A DNA stretch of 20,000 nt, from the IMG/VR virus record IMGVR_UViG_3300035034_000734. The stretch is one strand, 5' to 3'. The translations under genes were made by a program, and so were the position numbers. The notes below the pieces were generated by a model, which worked only from the letters and a program-made list of their open reading frames with translations, did not search any database and was not told where the DNA came from. This stretch comes from an uncultured virus (IMG/VR IMGVR_UViG_3300035034_000734) (lineage: Duplodnaviria; Heunggongvirae; Uroviricota; Caudoviricetes). This document shows, piece by piece, positions 1 to 7,985 of this stretch (position 1 is its first letter; every line of letters starts with the position of its first letter).

Positions 1-574
1 CTCGGCTCATGGTAATCCGAACTCCACGAACTTCTTGGTGGAGGCGGCCAACAATCTGACCAACGATCACTTCGGTAAAGCGTGGCAGGGTGGTCACATC
101 ACCGTTAACGAGAATAGCCGTATCCACCTGGGTACCTATGTTGATGCCAAAGGCGTCACTCGTGACCTGCGTGAAATCGACAGCCTGGCGATCTTGAACC
201 ACTTCGGTCACAACGACATGAATGCCGTCAATGCGTGGGAATCTACGTTTAACGACATGAATGCACCGATCGAGCTGCGTCTTGAGAAGCGTTTGCAGAT
301 GATCCGCAACCTCGCCGGTGGGAACCTGAAAGTCCGTGGCTTCGCTGAGCGTGTAACGTTCACGCCGGAGTTCATCGAGACACTGGTCGCTTCGGTTGTG
401 CGCGCTGGTCTGATGGTTGATGAGAATGGCCTGCAGTCCATGTACGGCCAGAACTTCCAGGTTGGTAACAACTTCCTGAACCAGTACGCAGCGCATACAG
501 GCGGTAGCGGTATGGTTAACAGCGGTGGCCCTCAGGGCAGTGCGATTTTCCGTCGCCCGATGTCTCGCTGGTGA
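1..574 (+). CDS. chmA: Chimallin (phage nuclear shell protein, phiKZ gp54-like), C-terminal part; 5' truncated by the window
   Basis: Frame is open from position 2, upstream of the TTG at 35, so the gene begins before the window. It lies directly upstream of the nvRNAP beta' N-terminal gene, as gp54 does before gp55 in phiKZ, has a G/N/Q-rich C-terminal tail and is followed by a strong terminator. Identity rests mainly on synteny. Confidence 0.8.
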   Translation, partial: SAHGNPNSTNFLVEAANNLTNDHFGKAWQGGHITVNENSRIHLGTYVDAKGVTRDLREIDSLAILNHFGHNDMNAVNAWESTFNDMNAPIELRLEKRLQMIRNLAGGNLKVRGFAERVTFTPEFIETLVASVVRAGLMVDENGLQSMYGQNFQVGNNFLNQYAAHTGGSGMVNSGGPQGSAIFRRPMSRW

Positions 575-595
575 GTTTGGTTAAGTAGGCAACTC

Positions 596-624
596 AAGGA
601 GGAGCTTCGGCTCCTCCTTTTTTT
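596..624 (+). terminator. Rho-independent terminator after chmA
   Basis: AAGGAGGAGC-TTCG-GCTCCTCCTT perfect stem with a cUUCGg tetraloop, running into a T tract. Confidence 0.93.
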
Positions 625-651
625 CTCAACGCGACAGAGGAGTCCCAGTCG

Positions 652-2115
652 ATGCACATCCCTTCATCGACGCCGAGTGCGTCAACCATGAGTGGTGTAT
701 TCTGTGAAATGATCGATTACGATCGCCTCTATGAATCGGTATCCGATCATGCGATACTGGTTAATACCTTTAACATCCGAAACGACGCTGAGAAGGAACG
801 ATTGAACCGCTTGTTGTACACCGAGTACGACGGCGATACGCTGGACACCATGCCTGCCTGCGACTGTGGCATCCTACGGGGTGAATACAACAAAGGCGTT
901 CGCTGTACGAACTGTGGTACGGTGGTCGTGTCGGTAACAGAGCGTCCTATGGAATCTCTGTTGTGGATCAAATCCCCAGACGGTGTGAAGGCGTTCATCT
1001 CTCCGGCGGCCTGGAACGTGTTGAATTCCATGTTCAGTCACCGAGGCGTTCAGATGATCCGATGGTTGACCGATCCGACCTACACTCCGAACAAGGGTGT
1101 GGATAAGACCGATCCGCTGTTTGATAAATTTCGCGACATCAACTGGAAGCGGTCCATCAACCACTTCATCGAGCACTTCGATACGGCACTGAACGTTATG
1201 TTTGATGCCCGAGTGGTCAGTCCCATTCCAAGGCGTCGTCGTACGGAACAATTCATTGAGGAGAATCGAGACAGGTTCTTCCCCACGTACTTACCCATCC
1301 CTAACCGTTCGATCTTCATCACCGAGAAGACGGCCATGGGCACTTACGCCGACAACGTGATGTACTCAGCGATCGATGCTGTGCGCACCATGACGTCTTT
1401 GGACTCTGGTATTGGTCCAGCGACACAACGGATCAAGGAGAATCGGACTGTAAAGGTGATTCAGCAATTGTCCACCTATTACACCGAATACACCAAGAAC
1501 AACCTGTCCAAGAAGCCCGGTATGTTTCGTCGGCAGGTCTACGGTTCTCGACTGGATTTTTCTGGTCGGGCGGTAATCAGTTCGTTGTCGCACCCCCACA
1601 GTTATGACGAATTGCATTTCCCTTGGGGCTTAGCAGTAATGATGATGAAGACTCACATTACTAGCAAACTCCTCAGGCGCGGTCTGACCCCATCGCAATC
1701 CGAAGAATTCTTGATGCTCCACACCACCAAACATCACCCACTACTGGAGACGATCTTCAACGAGTTGATCAGTGAACATCCTCAAGGACGACTACCGGTG
1801 TTGTTTCAGCGAAATCCCTCGCTGGTACGCGGTTCAGCTCAACAGTTGTACATCAGTAAGATCAAACCGGACCCCAACGTCAACACCATTAGTTTCTCAG
1901 TCCTCGCCTTGGCAGCGCCTAACGCCGACTTCGATGGCGACGAGATGAACGTAGAGATGTTGCTTGATCAGAAAGAACTAAAGGCGTTCAGTCGATTGGC
2001 CCCACATATGGGCGTTCTTGATACACACGCCCCGTTTAAGATATCAGGAAACATCAAGCTACCTGGGCCGGTCATGTCAACCATTGTCTCATGGATGCAT
2101 GCTGGTGAGGAGTGA
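652..2115 (+). CDS. Non-virion RNA polymerase beta' subunit, N-terminal part (phiKZ gp55-56.1-like)
   Basis: Catalytic motif PNADFDGDEMN; Zn-binding CDCG...CTNC; conserved beta' segments KPGMFRRQVYGSRLDFSGRAVI and FQRNPSL; RBS AGAGGAG upstream. Confidence 0.95.
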   Translation: MHIPSSTPSASTMSGVFCEMIDYDRLYESVSDHAILVNTFNIRNDAEKERLNRLLYTEYDGDTLDTMPACDCGILRGEYNKGVRCTNCGTVVVSVTERPMESLLWIKSPDGVKAFISPAAWNVLNSMFSHRGVQMIRWLTDPTYTPNKGVDKTDPLFDKFRDINWKRSINHFIEHFDTALNVMFDARVVSPIPRRRRTEQFIEENRDRFFPTYLPIPNRSIFITEKTAMGTYADNVMYSAIDAVRTMTSLDSGIGPATQRIKENRTVKVIQQLSTYYTEYTKNNLSKKPGMFRRQVYGSRLDFSGRAVISSLSHPHSYDELHFPWGLAVMMMKTHITSKLLRRGLTPSQSEEFLMLHTTKHHPLLETIFNELISEHPQGRLPVLFQRNPSLVRGSAQQLYISKIKPDPNVNTISFSVLALAAPNADFDGDEMNVEMLLDQKELKAFSRLAPHMGVLDTHAPFKISGNIKLPGPVMSTIVSWMHAGEE

Positions 2116-2172
2116 GGTGCCTCAATTTGCACGGACAACCCGTACCGTATGAGACTCAGAAGGAGTACTTAA

Positions 2173-2799
2173 ATGCCTCAATTCTACACGGGCGATCAGA
2201 GTATGATCTCGGCATTTGCGCACGGTGAAACCCACCCCGGCACCGCGCGTTATCTCGAGAACATGATCTCCCAACCCACACAAGCGCTGGGCGCTGCCAG
2301 TCAGGCGTTGATGCAACAAACCGGAGAACTCTATGATCGATTCATGGGTTCCGAGGCGATGCGGCGGATACGAGCAGCAGGCAGACAAATCGCCAGCCAT
2401 TGGCAACGCAATGAAATCCTCCCGATGGAGACAACGGAGCAACTACAAACGGCCCCGCTGAAAATGCATCGCTGGTTGATGGCAGAACCCAACATTCGGG
2501 CTCTGTATCATCAAAACCAATGCGACGGCTACAGCGATACGTATGTAGATGCCGCACCAGGATTCATCGGTCCCGATCATGAGGATTACCAACGCGTTAT
2601 GGACGGCATCGTCGAAGATAGCGATGAATCATCGGAATACGAGTGGTCGTCTACGGAATATATGTACGACTTGCCTGAAGATGAGCGAGAGTTTATCTTT
2701 GATGAGCAGTTTGACATCCTTCGTAGCTGGCACACCATGGCCGAGTCTGTAATGGCCAAGGAAGACGATCCGACTTCTCGCTGGAACGCCGAGCTGTAA
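2173..2799 (+). CDS. Hypothetical protein, probable chimallivirus core gene (position compatible with phiKZ gp59/Imp3, unverified)
   Basis: 208 aa ORF with RBS AAGGAG, acidic C-terminal half, followed by a terminator; family assignment from position only. Confidence 0.75.
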   Translation: MPQFYTGDQSMISAFAHGETHPGTARYLENMISQPTQALGAASQALMQQTGELYDRFMGSEAMRRIRAAGRQIASHWQRNEILPMETTEQLQTAPLKMHRWLMAEPNIRALYHQNQCDGYSDTYVDAAPGFIGPDHEDYQRVMDGIVEDSDESSEYEWSSTEYMYDLPEDEREFIFDEQFDILRSWHTMAESVMAKEDDPTSRWNAEL

Positions 2800-2804
2800 T
2801 CTGG

Positions 2805-2839
2805 TTTAGGTAGGGGTGACGCCCTGCCTAAATTTTTTT
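2805..2839 (+). terminator. Rho-independent terminator
   Basis: TTTAGGTAGGG-GTGACG-CCCTGCCTAAA stem (one G-U pair) followed by T7. Confidence 0.85.
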
Positions 2840-2855
2840 GTCGATAGGTGACGAT

Positions 2856-3494
2856 ATGCTAGGTAGCATGCAGTCTTTCAACGACGATCAATCTGTAAGT
2901 CGAATTGCACCGCCGATGTATTTGGTTGATGGAAACGTCGTTGCGTTAGAACGCCCCAACTCAGAACTGACGGTTGGTTGGCCGTTCGCTGAAGTAGTGG
3001 ATGGTATGCCTCGGTGGTACATCCCAGCCGACGAAGCCTACCTTATCTATCGACGGCTAAAGAAGTCGATGACCGCGATTGGTTTAAGTTTTTTGGACTT
3101 AGAAAGTAGGTTCTTGTACAAGTCAAGTTCCCCCATGCCTCCTCCTAGGAGAATCAGAATGAGAAAATTAAGCGGTCTTCTTCTAGACCGGATGGCATCC
3201 ATTGCGATCGATGTCGCCCACGCAGACGAAGCCAATAAAATGGCGTTAAAGTTGTATCAGATGTTGCCGGTGGATCATCGAGCGTGTTTGGACCATCACG
3301 TTCAAAAAGGACCCCATATTGCACAAGGATATGAGCTTCACGAACATCAGCAAGAACTTGTACAAATTGGTCTATTGACGCGCATTGTGGTTTCCGGTAA
3401 GACAGGTAGCATTGCGGCTAACATGACGGCCGTTCACGTCTATACTGCTGGACTAGCCGTTTCCGCAGAATCTCACAAGGGTAATAACCGATGA
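2856..3494 (+). CDS. Hypothetical protein
   Basis: Start moved from TTG 2838 (in the terminator tail) to ATG 2856, which has AGGTG upstream; ATGA overlap with the next gene; no recognisable motif. Confidence 0.7.
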   Translation: MLGSMQSFNDDQSVSRIAPPMYLVDGNVVALERPNSELTVGWPFAEVVDGMPRWYIPADEAYLIYRRLKKSMTAIGLSFLDLESRFLYKSSSPMPPPRRIRMRKLSGLLLDRMASIAIDVAHADEANKMALKLYQMLPVDHRACLDHHVQKGPHIAQGYELHEHQQELVQIGLLTRIVVSGKTGSIAANMTAVHVYTAGLAVSAESHKGNNR

Positions 3495-3883
3495 CACGGG
3501 TTCCAACACTGACACCGGCTGGTTGGGTCGATGACGTTGTGTCCATGAGCGTCAAGTTAATGGACTACTTTCTCGTCACCGAACACAGTCAATCACATTT
3601 GTACCGAGGTAACATCACGTCCTTAACGTACTTGGTGCAACAATACGGCAGCGAACCCGATGCCTTGGCTGAACACACTCGTGCAAACCTTCAGAACCAC
3701 CTCTCACGGTACTTTGATGAGGTACAGGTCAACACCTCCATTACCAACTTAAATGGTCCTGACGGTCGTTACAACCTTATACTTGACGTCTTACTGTCAA
3801 AAGACGGCAAACAACACAGCTTGGGACGCTTGTTAGAAATAGGGGAATCTAAGGTTCTCTCGGTTTCTGACAAATCCGCTTGA
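3491..3883 (+). CDS. Hypothetical protein, possibly T4 gp25-like fold
   Basis: 130 aa; RBS AAGGG; segment LQNHLSRYFDEVQVNTSI...RYNLILDV loosely resembles the gp25-like helix-strand-strand pattern. Confidence 0.7.
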   Translation: MTRVPTLTPAGWVDDVVSMSVKLMDYFLVTEHSQSHLYRGNITSLTYLVQQYGSEPDALAEHTRANLQNHLSRYFDEVQVNTSITNLNGPDGRYNLILDVLLSKDGKQHSLGRLLEIGESKVLSVSDKSA

Positions 3884-3900
3884 TAAACAAGGAAACGAAT

Positions 3901-4545
3901 ATGCTTTCGAACAGTCAGCGCATTGAGTTAGTGCGGCGCATGGAAGTCATAACTCAGGAAATGAACGACATCGCTCACATTCTGAACACCAACCCAGTAC
4001 CAGTGACCGACGACGACATCGATCGTGGCGTGCGGTCTCTGTTGAAACAAGAAGCCACTCTCGTGTTATCGTCGTTGTCCCGTCAACTTGAGGACGGGAT
4101 CGACAACACCGTATTGGCGACGTATCATCCCCGACAGTCGGGGGACAAATGTCTGAAGGCCTATGCCCGTGAGACCACCAAAGAAGCTTTGATGGTGTTT
4201 AAACGGATGTTAGAGCTGGGCAATTATCGATACGCCACCAAGGAAGATGAAGGGTCTGAAGCGTTCTGTGTTCAGTTGCAGTTCTCTGAAACAACTCCCG
4301 ACGTCCGGCTGGAAATGGTTCGAGTAGAACCGTCTCAACCCATAGCGCAGATTGGCCCTAATCGTCGAGTCCGCCAGCTTATGTCGGAGGAAACCTTACG
4401 ACAACACCTAGATCACACCAAGGTTAATCGAGCTGACGTTGAACAGGCCGTTATTGAACAACAACGACAGATGTCCGAAGACGATATCGTCTGGTTCCAC
4501 GTTGACGTTACCAATCAAAAAGCCGCCGATAAAGCGACTGGTTAA
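3901..4545 (+). CDS. Hypothetical protein
   Basis: ATG 3901 preceded by AAGGAA, preferred over TTG 3880; 214 aa; no recognisable motif. Confidence 0.7.
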   Translation: MLSNSQRIELVRRMEVITQEMNDIAHILNTNPVPVTDDDIDRGVRSLLKQEATLVLSSLSRQLEDGIDNTVLATYHPRQSGDKCLKAYARETTKEALMVFKRMLELGNYRYATKEDEGSEAFCVQLQFSETTPDVRLEMVRVEPSQPIAQIGPNRRVRQLMSEETLRQHLDHTKVNRADVEQAVIEQQRQMSEDDIVWFHVDVTNQKAADKATG

Positions 4546-4607
4546 TTTCGACAGCTTTTCGTCATTATTTGACTAAGAGCCATCGATAAGAACAGGAAGG
4601 ACACCCC

Positions 4608-5135
4608 ATGGCAGAACTTGATGAAAAGTCGTTAGATGCCATCCTCGACCGAGAGGAAAAAGACATCGCTCGAATCAGTGAGAACGAGTTTAAAATGCGT
4701 CTCTTACCGGTACTGGTAAATCAAGGCGATGAAAGTAACCTGCAAGCTTGGTTAGCCGTGGCTGGGACTTGGCGCCGTCAAGTTGAAGTACTCGACGACA
4801 AAACTGGTGAGCCGCTGTTCATTGTACCGGCGTTGGTTGGTGGTACGGGTCAACCGACCTTACAGACCGCCGCCAATTCAGCGTATGAGTTGATTGAGAA
4901 CGCTCAGAAGAAGATGCGAGTCGTTCCCAGAGCCGGTGATGAAATGTTGATTAAGGGATTAACGTCTCGAGTCAGCGTGGCAGGCGATCGTCAGAAAGCA
5001 ATCGATGCGTGGAACTACATCTACCGTCGATACGGGTATGACGATCTCGTTGTTAAAAGCAACAGCGATTCAACCAAAGAAGATGAGGCACCAGTTAAGT
5101 CGGGATCGGATTTCTCCGGGTACGACGAAGCCTGA
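4608..5135 (+). CDS. Hypothetical protein, probable chimallivirus core gene
   Basis: 175 aa; RBS AGGAAGGA; TGATG overlap with the nuclease gene; acidic tail. Confidence 0.8.
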   Translation: MAELDEKSLDAILDREEKDIARISENEFKMRLLPVLVNQGDESNLQAWLAVAGTWRRQVEVLDDKTGEPLFIVPALVGGTGQPTLQTAANSAYELIENAQKKMRVVPRAGDEMLIKGLTSRVSVAGDRQKAIDAWNYIYRRYGYDDLVVKSNSDSTKEDEAPVKSGSDFSGYDEA

Positions 5136-6253
5136 TGTTGAATCAAACCCTTCGTATCGCAACGTTCTCAGATGTCCACCTAGGGCACCGGAGAACGCCA
5201 ACCGAGTCGATCATTGAAAACCTGAAACGCGACATTCCTGATACCGCTGAAACGGGGAAGTTGGATGTGATCTTTATACCGGGCGATCTGTTCGACCGGT
5301 TTTTGACACTGCCAGACACCAACGTTTATGAGATCCATGCGTGGATTGCGCGGTTGCTTCGCACGTGTAAACGTCGTGACATCGTACTGCGTGTCTTAGA
5401 AGGCACGCCGTCGCACGATTGGAAACAGAGTCGTCTTGTTGAGAGCATCAATGAGAACACGGGCATCGATGCTGATGCCCGCCACGTCCCTGATCTTTCA
5501 ATCGAACACCACCAACGGTTTGACATGGACATCATGTACATTCCCGACGAGTGGTCCAGCGACAACGACGACACCTGGAAACAAGTCCAACAGCTGTTGA
5601 GCGAACATCGCTTAGAGCAGGTAGACTTTATCCTGATGCACGGACAGTTCCCATATCAGCTACCTCCCCACGTGAACGTTCCAACGCACGACCCCGATCG
5701 CTATGTGTCGATTTGTCGGCATTATGTGTTTTGTGGTCACGTGCACATACCCAGTCGATATGAGAACATCATTGTACCTGGGTCCTACGATCGTTTAACT
5801 CACGGTGAGGAACACCCGAAAGGTCATTGGCGCGTCTTAGTCAACCCCAAAGGGGACGACGAGGTTGTGTTCTATGAGAACCACGGGGCAACGCTGTACA
5901 AAAGTGTGGACTGCTGTCATTTAAGTGTAGAAGAGGCTTTAGAGAAAGTTGACCAACTGGTGGAACCTTTACTGGCTGGCTCACACGTCCGTGTCGAGGC
6001 AGATCGAGAAGACCCCATTGCGTCCTCGCTGGATGTGTTGAAACGCAAGTACCCTCAATTTAACTGGGCCAGCAAACTTCAAAGTAAAGCGAAGTCAGGA
6101 AAAGAGATGTTGCAGGACATGCGCGCCAAGTATCAGACCAAACCCATCACACAGCGCACCATTGGCGATATGGTTGGGGGGCGGTTGAAACAAATGGAGT
6201 GCGATGATTCGACTATTCAACAGTGTTTAAACGCACTGGGTGAGGTCACCTGA
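5135..6253 (+). CDS. SbcD/Mre11-like metallophosphoesterase nuclease (phiKZ gp65-like)
   Basis: Calcineurin-like motifs SDVHLG, GDLFD, GTPSHD, MHG, GHVH and a downstream PGS. Confidence 0.9.
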   Translation: MLNQTLRIATFSDVHLGHRRTPTESIIENLKRDIPDTAETGKLDVIFIPGDLFDRFLTLPDTNVYEIHAWIARLLRTCKRRDIVLRVLEGTPSHDWKQSRLVESINENTGIDADARHVPDLSIEHHQRFDMDIMYIPDEWSSDNDDTWKQVQQLLSEHRLEQVDFILMHGQFPYQLPPHVNVPTHDPDRYVSICRHYVFCGHVHIPSRYENIIVPGSYDRLTHGEEHPKGHWRVLVNPKGDDEVVFYENHGATLYKSVDCCHLSVEEALEKVDQLVEPLLAGSHVRVEADREDPIASSLDVLKRKYPQFNWASKLQSKAKSGKEMLQDMRAKYQTKPITQRTIGDMVGGRLKQMECDDSTIQQCLNALGEVT

Positions 6254-7107
6254 TGAGACAGTCTGAAGACATCCTCGCAGAACGGGAAATGGGTCAGTAC
6301 CCTATCTCGATAGGCACGTCGTTGGCGCTTGAAGGCGCCAACGGCATCTATCCGGAGCGGGAAGAAAGTCCACCCCCGATTCTTAAATACAACCGATTGT
6401 GGGTCAACGTCGACACCTTGTTCCGAAACCTCTTTGGCAGTCTGACTGCTGAGGAGCAGGCTCGGGTCGTTGCGAAGGATTTGGCAATCGCCATGGCATC
6501 TGAATTCGGCCCTATCGACGCTGCCGTTGCGGAGTCGGCGGGACAGAAAATCAAAGTGACGTTCTATCAGAATTACCACAGTAAAATGTCGCAATGGTTT
6601 CCGAAAGCCAATCTGAAGAAACCCACGACTCCTAAACAGCGCATCTTTGCCGGACTCCGAGCAGAGACGCTGAGACACTTACCCGATTACCTAGACGAGG
6701 TCGATTACCGACGCGTCGATGGCATAATAGACGGCGATGGCCGTTCTCTCATTCTAACGCACAGTGCGTTGGATTTACTGTCAGTGGCTCGTTTTGACGA
6801 GTTGGCTCTTCTGGAGTCTCACACTGGTAAAATAAAACCTCGATCTCAGTGGGGGACCAAACTGGGTGTGAAAGACGAAACGATTCCCTTCAATGCTTTC
6901 ACCCTGCAAGTGTTTGGAGATGGATCAACGTTGTTCACCCCATTATCGATCAAGTACCGTCGAGCGATCTTAGAGGTTGCCAAGAAAGATCGATGGGTCA
7001 GCGTGTCAACTCTTGCAAAGATTCGCATGGGATTGAACACGATCAAAGACCCAGTGATTCGTCAAGAGATCCTTGACTTGATGGATCATACATCATTTCC
7101 AACATAA
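6253..7107 (+). CDS. Conserved protein (phiKZ gp66-like), possible degenerate FEN/5'-nuclease fold
   Basis: 284 aa; TGATG coupling to the nuclease gene; segments LWVNVDTLFRN, FPKANLK and QVFGDGS resemble 5'-nuclease motifs. Confidence 0.7.
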   Translation: MRQSEDILAEREMGQYPISIGTSLALEGANGIYPEREESPPPILKYNRLWVNVDTLFRNLFGSLTAEEQARVVAKDLAIAMASEFGPIDAAVAESAGQKIKVTFYQNYHSKMSQWFPKANLKKPTTPKQRIFAGLRAETLRHLPDYLDEVDYRRVDGIIDGDGRSLILTHSALDLLSVARFDELALLESHTGKIKPRSQWGTKLGVKDETIPFNAFTLQVFGDGSTLFTPLSIKYRRAILEVAKKDRWVSVSTLAKIRMGLNTIKDPVIRQEILDLMDHTSFPT

Positions 7108-7134
7108 ACCCGTAATCCTCTAGGAGGAACACAC

Positions 7135-7836
7135 ATGGACCAAGATAAACCCATCATCATTGATGATAAGAAGTTTGCGCTCTATGGTAAACCGGTTGAA
7201 GGCGGCCGCGGTGCTCCGAAGATGCAATTTGGCGTCTTTCGTGGTAACCCGAACGTGGTAGTCTTTACCAACGACCCGAGTGACCCTGAAAAGAAACCGA
7301 TTCGTGCAGCTATGGACCCCGTTATCTGGGGTGGCTTCATTGAATTGATCAAGATGGCGGCCGATGCTGATCCGAACTGGCAGCGTCGTATCCCGAACCG
7401 GAAAGGGCCTCCTCAGAAGACGTTCGTTGAGTCGGTAACGATCGTTGGTAAAGATGCGGAAGGTGTGGTGTACATTGCTATTAACAAGCAAGGTCGTCCT
7501 ACCAAGAAGATTCCCATTCTTCCTGGTATGTACGCTGATCTGACCGACGATCAAGGCAACCCGATCCCGGACGGTGAGAAGTCGGTGGTGTTTGCGAAAG
7601 GGTTTGCAATCACTCTAAACCACATCATGCTGGACCTGATGCGTGAAACGTACGAACCGGCTCAACCGCCAGGCGGACAGCAAGGTGGTGGTGGTGGTTA
7701 CAACCGCGGCGGTGGCGGCGGTGGTGGTTACCAACAGCAACGCGGGGGTCAACCCAGCGGCGGTGGCGGTGCTCCACAAGGTGGCGGCGGCGCTCCACAG
7801 GGCGGCGGCAGTTTCGAAGACGATCTGCCGATGTAA
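7135..7836 (+). CDS. chmC: ChmC, phage nucleus-associated nucleic-acid-binding protein (phiKZ gp67/Imp6-like)
   Basis: Strong RBS AGGAGG; about 180 aa globular domain followed by a Gly/Gln-rich disordered tail; directly upstream of the gp68-like subunit, the known position of chmC. Confidence 0.75.
   Translation: MDQDKPIIIDDKKFALYGKPVEGGRGAPKMQFGVFRGNPNVVVFTNDPSDPEKKPIRAAMDPVIWGGFIELIKMAADADPNWQRRIPNRKGPPQKTFVESVTIVGKDAEGVVYIAINKQGRPTKKIPILPGMYADLTDDQGNPIPDGEKSVVFAKGFAITLNHIMLDLMRETYEPAQPPGGQQGGGGGYNRGGGGGGGYQQQRGGQPSGGGGAPQGGGGAPQGGGSFEDDLPM
7759..7809 (+). repeat. Short coding tandem repeat (GGGGAPQ)x2 plus GGG in the Gly-rich tail
   Basis: ggcggtggcggtgctccacaa / ggtggcggcggcgctccacag 21-nt units. 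Confidence 0.75.
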
Positions 7837-7842
7837 GACAGC

Positions 7843-7886
7843 ACCAAGACCCGAGGCCGTTTTGGCTTTGGGTCTTGGTTAATTTC
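7843..7886 (+). terminator. Long hairpin after chmC; probable terminator or processing/stability stem
   Basis: ACCAAGACCCGAGGCC-GTTTT-GGCTTTGGGTCTTGGT 16-bp stem with G-U pairs; weak U tail (TAATTT). Confidence 0.65.
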
Positions 7887-7907
7887 CCAAGGCCATTTCG
7901 ATTTTCC

Positions 7908-7937
7908 AAAAAAATAGAATCACATATCATGCAGGTG
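7908..7937 (+). promoter_or_regulatory. Candidate phage early promoter (ACATATCAT-N5-TG)
   Basis: A-rich tract followed by a motif that recurs at 12858-12873; resembles the phiKZ early consensus TATATTAC; upstream of an nvRNAP subunit gene. Confidence 0.5.
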
Positions 7938-7985
7938 CGTACCTTGACGGACCAACAACGAACCGCGCCGTAGGAGAGTTAACGA

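Noticed and set aside
1..574. Major capsid protein as the identity of the first ORF
   Set aside because: Position directly before the nvRNAP beta' gene fits chmA; no capsid features recognised
2148..2151. TATG late-promoter motif upstream of the 2173 gene
   Set aside because: A 4-nt match is too short to support without TSS data
7672..7810. G-rich tract as a DNA G-quadruplex or microsatellite element
   Set aside because: Explained by glycine codons with varied third positions; mostly GG runs only
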